A DNA stretch of 35,534 nucleotides, from positions 1-35,534 of the forward strand of contig JBGTGT010000069.1 of assembly GCA_041746575.1 (NCBI GenBank), read 5' to 3'. The DNA comes from Microcystaceae cyanobacterium (GTDB taxonomy: Bacteria; Cyanobacteriota; Cyanobacteriia; Cyanobacteriales; Microcystaceae). The notes beneath the pieces were generated by a model. The model was given only the letters and a program-made list of their open reading frames with translations. It ran no database searches and had not been told where the DNA came from. A program made the position numbers and the translations under genes. Position 1 is the first letter of the stretch, and each line of letters starts with the position of its first letter. Positions 30,833 through 35,534 of this stretch are shown here, in pieces.

Positions 30833-30850
30833 TATGTAAACTTTTGTAAC
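30833..30850 (-). promoter_or_regulatory. HLR1 (RpaB-binding) motif
   Basis: The minus strand reads GTTACAAA-AG-TTTACATA, an exact match to (G/T)TTACA(T/A)(T/A)-N2-(G/T)TTACA(T/A)(T/A). Confidence 0.65.
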
Positions 30851-30884
30851 AAAATTCTATTTTTGCAATTATCAGGAGGAAATT

Positions 30885-31067
30885 ATGTCTCTTCAACTGA
30901 GAAAACTCTATCAAACCCAATTAATCCAGCAAGGTGTCCCCTTATCGAAAGCAGAACAAGCTGCCCATCATATTTCTTTAGATCAATTAAAACTGATCAT
31001 GCAAATTTGGCCGCATTTTTCTGCAATTGTCGCGCAGTCCAATTTTGTCGAGCTTGAAGAAAGTTAA
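30885..31067 (+). CDS. Small hypothetical protein (60 aa)
   Basis: Strong AGGAGG RBS about 6 nt before the ATG. Helical, protein-like composition. Confidence 0.65.
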   Translation: MSLQLRKLYQTQLIQQGVPLSKAEQAAHHISLDQLKLIMQIWPHFSAIVAQSNFVELEES

Positions 31068-31144
31068 CCAGAGATGATCCTTGAAACGCCGTTCTTTAAA
31101 GTTAAACGACATCTACTCTTACTTAAAAGCTTGTCTCTCTTGCC

Positions 31145-31804
31145 ATGAACGACACCATTTTTAGTCCTGTTTTAGCAAATATCCCGCTAGAATCTCATCC
31201 GTCTGCTCATTCTCCCGTCAAACGGTTAATCGATCTCATCGGCAGTTTAGCGGGTTTGCTCATTCTGGTGATCCTCTTTTTGCCAATTGCGATCGCTATC
31301 CGAGTGGATAGTCCAGGTCCTGTTCTGTTTACCCAAGTCCGTTGTGGTCTTCTGGGCAAACCGTTCCGAATTATCAAATTTCGGACGATGTATCTCGACG
31401 CAGAACGACGCAAAATGAGTATTTACAACCAAGTTAGTGGGCCTTTTTTCAAGAATGTCAACGATCCGCGCATTACCAAAGTGGGGCGATTTCTGCGGCG
31501 TACCAGCTTAGACGAATTACCCCAATTTTGCAATGTTTTTCGGGGAGAAATGAGCCTAGTCGGGACTCGCCCTCCAACACTAGATGAAGTTGCTCAATAC
31601 GACCGTTTAGCGTGGCAACGCTTACGAGTCAAAACAGGGATGACAGGAGAATGGCAAGTTAGTCGAAGATCTCAAGTTTCTTCATTCGATGAGGTTCTCA
31701 ATCTCGACTTAAAGTACCAGCGCAATTGGAGTTGGCAATACGATCTCCTCCTTATTCTTAGGACAATACTCGTTTTATTCTCCAAAAATAACGGTGCTTG
31801 TTGA
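31145..31804 (+). CDS. Stand-alone bacterial sugar transferase (small monotopic phosphoglycosyl transferase)
   Basis: KRLIDL plus one membrane helix, DSPGPVLF.Q.RCG, KFRTM, DPRITKVGRFLRRTSLDELPQ, GEMSLVGTRPP, GMTGEWQV. Confidence 0.93.
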   Translation: MNDTIFSPVLANIPLESHPSAHSPVKRLIDLIGSLAGLLILVILFLPIAIAIRVDSPGPVLFTQVRCGLLGKPFRIIKFRTMYLDAERRKMSIYNQVSGPFFKNVNDPRITKVGRFLRRTSLDELPQFCNVFRGEMSLVGTRPPTLDEVAQYDRLAWQRLRVKTGMTGEWQVSRRSQVSSFDEVLNLDLKYQRNWSWQYDLLLILRTILVLFSKNNGAC

Positions 31805-31851
31805 CTCGACTTTTTCCCTTAATTCTCTAAGGCTTGTCGAGTCTTTTTTTT
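31803..31851 (+). terminator. Intrinsic terminator after the sugar transferase
   Basis: GACTCGAC/GTCGAGTC outer stem and CCTTA/TAAGG inner stem, followed by T8 (31844-31851). Confidence 0.7.
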
Positions 31852-32128
31852 AGGTAAAATTCTATACTACTTAAGAGAGATTTAGATCTGTGAAGATCTA
31901 TGGTGAGGACATTAGTCCTTAAGCTAAGATAGACAACGTAAGATTACGTACAGCTTTCAAAAAAGCAATAGGCTTTCCTAAGTAGTTTCCCAGTCTACAA
32001 AAGAACGAAAATTTCTTTATCTCTTTTGAAAATGTGTACGGGAAAAAATCTGTTTAAAAAAATGCTTTGTTGTTAATCCCTGACTTTGAATCCTTTATTA
32101 AATCATTAACAACAGTTTTTTATTTCCT

Positions 32129-35100
32129 ATGGCTCTCTCTACCGACTTTATTCCCGTTCCTGTCGATCTAAAAGGGGTTCCCCTCAACAATCCGACCTCA
32201 ATCCAATTTGGTCCTGACGGCCGCCTCTACGTTTCCCAGCAGGATGGCACCATTCGCTCCTTTAATGTTAAGCCCCAATTCAAAAACGGTCAAATCGAAA
32301 AATTTGTCATCAACAATGCCGGCGGCAGTGACGCTACTAGCTTAGTCAAGAATATACCCAACCACAACGACGATGGGACGTTAGCGTCCTTAGGTAGTCG
32401 TCAAGTCACCGGTTTAGTGGTCACCGAAGGTGCAAACGGTGAAGTGGTTATCTATGTCGGATCAAGTGATCCTCGCGTTGGGGGGGGAAGTAGCGGTAAT
32501 GAACAAAACCTAGATACGAATTCTAGTATGATTTCCCGTCTGGTGCGAAATGCCAGTGGCACTTGGAGCAAAGTTGACCTAGTCATCGGTTTACCCCGTT
32601 CTGAAGAGAACCATTCCATCAATGGTATGGACATTCGGCAGGAAATGGTCAATGGCGAATTACACCAGATTATGTACGTCATTACTGGGGGAAACACCAA
32701 TCGAGGCGCGCCCAGTAATAACTTTGCTTGGACACCGGAATATTACTATTCTGCAGGGATTTTGCGGGTAGATTTAACGCACCTAGAATCCATTGAAGCG
32801 AATTTGATAGCCAATGGGGGCTTAAAGGGCGGTACCAGTTATGTTAATCCCTACGTTTACGCCCTTCCTACCTTAGATGACCCCACCCGACCCAATAATG
32901 CCAATGGACAAGATACGGTCGTCGGTGTGACAAACCCAGTCGATGCTGAAGCGGCAAATACCTTTGGGGGCAATGATGGTCGAAATCAAGCGAAATATGA
33001 CCCTAATGGGCCGGTTCAGATTTATTCGATGGGCTATCGCAATGCTTTTGACCTAGTCATTACGGAAGCCGGTCATATTTATACGTTTGACAACGGCCCC
33101 AATAATGGATGGGGGGATGTTCCTCTAACGGCCGGCGGGGTTGCCGTCACCAATAGCAATCAAGTCGCCACAAATAATCCGAATATTGATGTTGACACCG
33201 GCAACGATAACTTACCCGATCAATTACATTTAGTCACTTCAGGTTTCTACGCCGGTCATCCTAACCCTGTTTACGCATCAGGGGCGGCGGCTGGACTGTA
33301 TAGCGTAGATGCCAGCAGTGGTGTACCCATCGTAACTCGACTGACCTACACAAACGATCCCAATAACAATCCCAACACCACCTTAGATGATCTCCCCGTT
33401 GATTGGGATACGATTACGGGAGGCATAACCCATCCTGAAGCCGGAGTTTACCAAGTGCCGGGATTTAATCCTAATGGCACCCTTAAAGGGCCTGATGGCT
33501 CTTTAATCACCATTAATAGCTCCACCAATGGTATAACAGAATACATCTATAAAGACCCTATCACTGGTCTTAGCCCAGTTACAAATAATCCCAATGCCGA
33601 GGTGCTGGTATCTGCGTCATTTAATGGGGATATTAGCTTCATTGAACTTGTTTCCAACGGAACCCTAGCCGGAACAAGTGTCACGGATAAGAAAGCCTTA
33701 AAGGTCAATGGTGTACCCTTAGATTTGACCTCAGTCGATTCTTTTGCTATTGGCACAGAAGAATTTGCCAGTAGCATTTGGGTTGCTCAATTTTCTGCCG
33801 ATAGTATTGTCGCTCTTGTTCCCTCGGATTTTCAACCCCCACCCGACATTGACCAAGATGATGATGGGTTAAACGACAATATTGATCCCCTTCAATTTGA
33901 TGCCAACAATGGCTTAAGCACCGTTATTAATGGGGGAGAAACCCTGTTTTGGGATTTTAATCCCTCTGATAGTGGGGTTTATCCCGGCCCTCCTGGGGAT
34001 TACAACATCGGCATGACTGGTTGGATGATTAATGGCGTGGATTTGCTCGATGGCTTAACGGATTTGTCCAATACCATTCGAGGCGGCGCACCGGGAATTG
34101 TACAGGTCAAATCAGCGACGGCCGGCGATAGTGCAGGAACGACCAATAATCAACGGGATGCCCTACAAACAGGCTTTTCGGTCGGTCAAAATGTCCAAGA
34201 TTTGACGATTAAAGTCCCTGTTTTTAATCCTTTCTCTAGTGATGCCAATGGTACCGTCATCTTCAATGCCGCCGCCTCTCTAGGGATTGCCTTGGGAACG
34301 GGTAGTGCGTCCGACTTTATTCGTCTGGCCATTGCGGCTAGTAATCCCAGTGGTTCACCTGTTGCCCCTCAATTACAACTATTGCATGAGGAAGGGGATG
34401 TTCAACAGTCTTTGGTGGCTGTGAATGCGCCAGAGCTTTTAAATGCGGTGGATGATGATCAAATTGAACTGCTGTTGAATGTAGATGTAGAGACCTTCCA
34501 AGTCACCGCCGGTTTCCGCTATCAAGTTAACGGTAGTTGGCAAGGACAAGAAACCACTATTGGAACGGTGCAATTAGCCGCCAATAGTCCCATTCGTCGG
34601 GCTTTAGCAGGACAATACTTAATTGATGGGAAACTCAGTTCCCCTGTGATCACGCTAACGGCAACTTCCCGTAATGCCGAACCCTTCACTGCCGATTTTC
34701 TGGACTTAACGATTGAATCTACCGCTAAACCGGGGGTTCTTTTGCAAGAAACAAATGGGTCAACCACCGTTACAGAAGCCGGTGCAGGAGATACCTATTC
34801 CCTTGCTTTGAGTTCTCAACCTACGGGAAATGTCACTATTAATCTAACGCCCAATGCTCAAATCGCCCTCAGTACCGCTCAAGTCACCTTCACCCCTCAG
34901 AATTGGAATCTGCCGCAAGTCGTGACGGTCACGGCGGTTAATGATGCCCTCAATGAAGGAGAGCAAACGGTCAGCATCGCTCATAATATCAGTAGCACTG
35001 ATCCGAATTATGCAGGATTAACCCTTCCCAATCTTTCAGTAACGGTCATTGATAACGATATTCCTCCCTTTATGACGATTAATGACGTTTCAGTCAATGA

Positions 35101-35534
35101 AGGGGATGGCACGGCTACATTTACCGTTAGCCTTTCTGCGGCGAGTGAATCCGAAATCACTGTAGATTATACCACTGACGATGATTCGGCCACCAGTGGG
35201 AGTGATTACATCGCCACTAGCGGAACATTAACCTTTGCGCCTGGTACTCGCACCCAAACCATCACAGTCGATATCGTCGACGATACGGACGTTGAGGGAG
35301 ATCACTATTTTGAGGTCAATCTTTTTAACGTTAACAACGCTATCTTTGAATTCAGCGAAGAAGCTAGTGGGATTGGCACCATCAGAGACAATGATACCAA
35401 CGTACTGTATCGCATTAACGTCGGAGGAAACACCGTAGCTGCCGCCGATGGGGGACTCAGCTGGAGTGCTGACACCGTCACCAATCCTTCCCCCTATATC
35501 GTCACCAGCGAGAACAAATTCTACTCCACCCCTC
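32129..35534 (+). CDS. Giant extracellular protein (partial, at least 1135 aa): sugar-dehydrogenase-like beta-propeller, Ca-binding Asp loop, Calx-beta domains, start of a malectin-like domain
   Basis: Open frame from ATG 32129 to the window end: MALSTDFIPVPVDLKGVPLNNPTSIQFGPDGRLYVSQQDG...GLPRSEENHS...GYRNAFD; DIDQDDDGLNDNIDP (~33845); TFTPQNWNLPQVVTVTAVND; Calx-beta SVNEGDGTATFTV..DY..SGTLTFAPG (~35072-35396); VLYRINVGG (35402). It is absent from the track because there is no stop. Confidence 0.9.
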   Translation, partial: MALSTDFIPVPVDLKGVPLNNPTSIQFGPDGRLYVSQQDGTIRSFNVKPQFKNGQIEKFVINNAGGSDATSLVKNIPNHNDDGTLASLGSRQVTGLVVTEGANGEVVIYVGSSDPRVGGGSSGNEQNLDTNSSMISRLVRNASGTWSKVDLVIGLPRSEENHSINGMDIRQEMVNGELHQIMYVITGGNTNRGAPSNNFAWTPEYYYSAGILRVDLTHLESIEANLIANGGLKGGTSYVNPYVYALPTLDDPTRPNNANGQDTVVGVTNPVDAEAANTFGGNDGRNQAKYDPNGPVQIYSMGYRNAFDLVITEAGHIYTFDNGPNNGWGDVPLTAGGVAVTNSNQVATNNPNIDVDTGNDNLPDQLHLVTSGFYAGHPNPVYASGAAAGLYSVDASSGVPIVTRLTYTNDPNNNPNTTLDDLPVDWDTITGGITHPEAGVYQVPGFNPNGTLKGPDGSLITINSSTNGITEYIYKDPITGLSPVTNNPNAEVLVSASFNGDISFIELVSNGTLAGTSVTDKKALKVNGVPLDLTSVDSFAIGTEEFASSIWVAQFSADSIVALVPSDFQPPPDIDQDDDGLNDNIDPLQFDANNGLSTVINGGETLFWDFNPSDSGVYPGPPGDYNIGMTGWMINGVDLLDGLTDLSNTIRGGAPGIVQVKSATAGDSAGTTNNQRDALQTGFSVGQNVQDLTIKVPVFNPFSSDANGTVIFNAAASLGIALGTGSASDFIRLAIAASNPSGSPVAPQLQLLHEEGDVQQSLVAVNAPELLNAVDDDQIELLLNVDVETFQVTAGFRYQVNGSWQGQETTIGTVQLAANSPIRRALAGQYLIDGKLSSPVITLTATSRNAEPFTADFLDLTIESTAKPGVLLQETNGSTTVTEAGAGDTYSLALSSQPTGNVTINLTPNAQIALSTAQVTFTPQNWNLPQVVTVTAVNDALNEGEQTVSIAHNISSTDPNYAGLTLPNLSVTVIDNDIPPFMTINDVSVNEGDGTATFTVSLSAASESEITVDYTTDDDSATSGSDYIATSGTLTFAPGTRTQTITVDIVDDTDVEGDHYFEVNLFNVNNAIFEFSEEASGIGTIRDNDTNVLYRINVGGNTVAAADGGLSWSADTVTNPSPYIVTSENKFYSTP

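Larger units (their letters stand above)
4972..31296. repeat. Dispersed HIP1 octamers (GCGATCGC), at least 12 copies
   Basis: Seen at 4972, 8123, 13934, 15420, 18320, 21901, 22333, 24498, 25329, 28059, 28660 and 31289, far above chance for AT-rich DNA. Confidence 0.9.

Noticed and set aside
30836..30849. GTA-N8-TAA as an NtcA site
   Set aside because: Imperfect, and the same bases match HLR1 exactly.
30863..31057. Alternative 64-aa ORF overlapping 30885..31067
   Set aside because: TTG start without an RBS. The AGGAGG is positioned for ATG 30885.
32452..35438. Short track ORFs at 32452, 33547, 34522 and 35235
   Set aside because: Shadows of the long + strand frame that starts at 32129.

Overview
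AT-rich chromosomal window from a cyanobacterium, probably a unicellular Chroococcales-type strain. The evidence is chlLN, ftsH2, sigE, ntcB, bioU and at least 12 HIP1 GCGATCGC octamers. Most of it is housekeeping, in this order: DUF4327, chlL-chlN, the sulfate ABC operon sbpA-cysT-cysW-cysA with a divergent Crp/Fnr regulator, bioU, sufE, a nucleoside hydrolase, a Ca2+/H+ antiporter, an HTTM-DCC1 membrane protein, rsmH, a STAS protein, cysE, a PfkB kinase, ftsH2, GDPD, ntcB, a GNAT, sigE and priA. The most notable accessory gene is a 647-aa fusion of an intact C14 caspase-like protease to an intact alpha/beta-hydrolase (18496-20439), a candidate self-contained protease-activated effector or defence module. 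It is followed by a small Cys-rich ORF and a 165-bp MITE with perfect TIRs and a 7-bp target duplication. Other mobile or decayed DNA includes the 3' end of an IS701-type transposase, a decayed Uma2 pseudogene and an orphan IS200/IS605 right end. The last 5.3 kb holds twin near-consensus promoters 201 bp apart, an HLR1 box, a 60-aa ORF, a stand-alone phosphoglycosyl transferase and the first 1135 codons of a giant beta-propeller/Calx-beta/malectin protein that the ORF track misses. Three perfect NtcA boxes lie upstream of DUF4327, ntcB and sigE. All calls come from reading motifs and recalling protein families; no database searches were run.
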